A stretch of DNA of 64,000 nucleotides from Vairimorpha necatrix (taxonomy: Eukaryota): positions 558,001 through 622,000 of the forward strand of contig CP142733.1 in the NCBI GenBank assembly GCA_036630325.1, read 5' to 3'. The position numbers and the translations under genes are program-made. Shown one piece after another: positions 63,308 to 64,000 of the stretch. The notes beneath the pieces are model-generated. The model was given only the letters and a program-made list of their open reading frames with translations. It ran no database searches and was not told the DNA's origin. Every line of letters starts with the position of its first letter. Positions within the stretch are counted from its first letter, which is position 1.

Positions 63308-64000
63308 ATATGTTTATACCTTGAAATACATCGCAGTTCCTAATTGTGATTATATTGTATAAAATTTAATTTTATTGTATATCAGATATTAAAAAAGCAT
63401 CCAATAATAATACATAGATTAAATTGGAAAGTAAAATCTCTAACACAACAAATAAGTCGATAAAATTTTGGTGTTGAAGTATTAATGAAGAATCAATATT
63501 ATCTTTTTCTTTGAATTAATTTTAAGAAGAATAGTTTTAAACTATTATAATTATTATTATCTAAAAATAAATAACAAAATACAACTTATATAAATAATAA
63601 CATATTTAATGTAACAATCATTTCACATGTTTAGTGGCCTTGGAAATGTGCAAATGATCAAGCCCGATTCGTAAATTTTTGGTAGAGAAAACAAAATTCG
63701 TATAATACAGTAAAGAATCTGAAGACAAAAGATAGATAAAATATGTTGGTTTTGTTTCAAATCACGTAATTTTTAAGATAAAACTCTCAACAACTCAATC
63801 TGCAAAAAACAAATGTTTTTGAATTTAATAAAACATTCTGCGCATAATATAAACTTAAAAGTATTTGTTTCAATTATAATTTGTCGATATTAGAATATTT
63901 ATTTGGTTTTTCGTCTTTTTCTTCAACATTGCTTGAAGGTAAAATATAAAAGTTTTATATTTAAACATTGAGAAATGTCAAACGTGTAAAATATTTAGCA

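Larger units (their letters stand above)
37528..64000 (+). repeat. Copy 2 of large direct duplication (runs off window end)
   Basis: Identical translated ORF set. Differences seen: A2197 vs G39724, and absence of one 520-bp array unit. Confidence 0.98.

Noticed and set aside
1-64000. Autonomous Helitron Rep/helicase, rRNA or tRNA genes
   Set aside because: No HUH or PIF1-like helicase ORF and no structured GC-rich RNA gene recognised in the window.

Overview
Very AT-rich, gene-sparse eukaryotic DNA, most likely a microsporidian genome. This is an inference from short uninterrupted ORFs preceded by CCC(C)/CCCTT, Ty3/Gypsy and RLE-type non-LTR retroelements, and the absence of bacterial features. 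The window is a near-identical direct duplication with a period of 37,527 bp: 1-26993 recurs at 37528-64000. By eye I saw one SNP and one exact 520-bp indel between the copies. The repeated block contains: (i) a head-to-tail array of divergent ~520-bp non-autonomous Helitron-like units, 6 in copy 1 and 5 in copy 2, whose junctions fit sequential insertion at the array head; (ii) a full-length, compact, young Ty3/Gypsy LTR retrotransposon (303-bp LTRs, GGAAA TSD) with a palindrome instead of a tRNA primer-binding site, inserted in the promoter of a start-less gene; (iii) decayed RLE-type non-LTR retrotransposon 3' ends; (iv) an unnamed family of ~200-aa signal-peptide proteins (4 intact, 2 pseudogenes). 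The region seen only once (26994-37527) holds a pair of basic amphipathic-helix paralogues with a conserved upstream motif. No housekeeping, rRNA or tRNA genes were recognised. All comparisons were made by eye; no searches were run.
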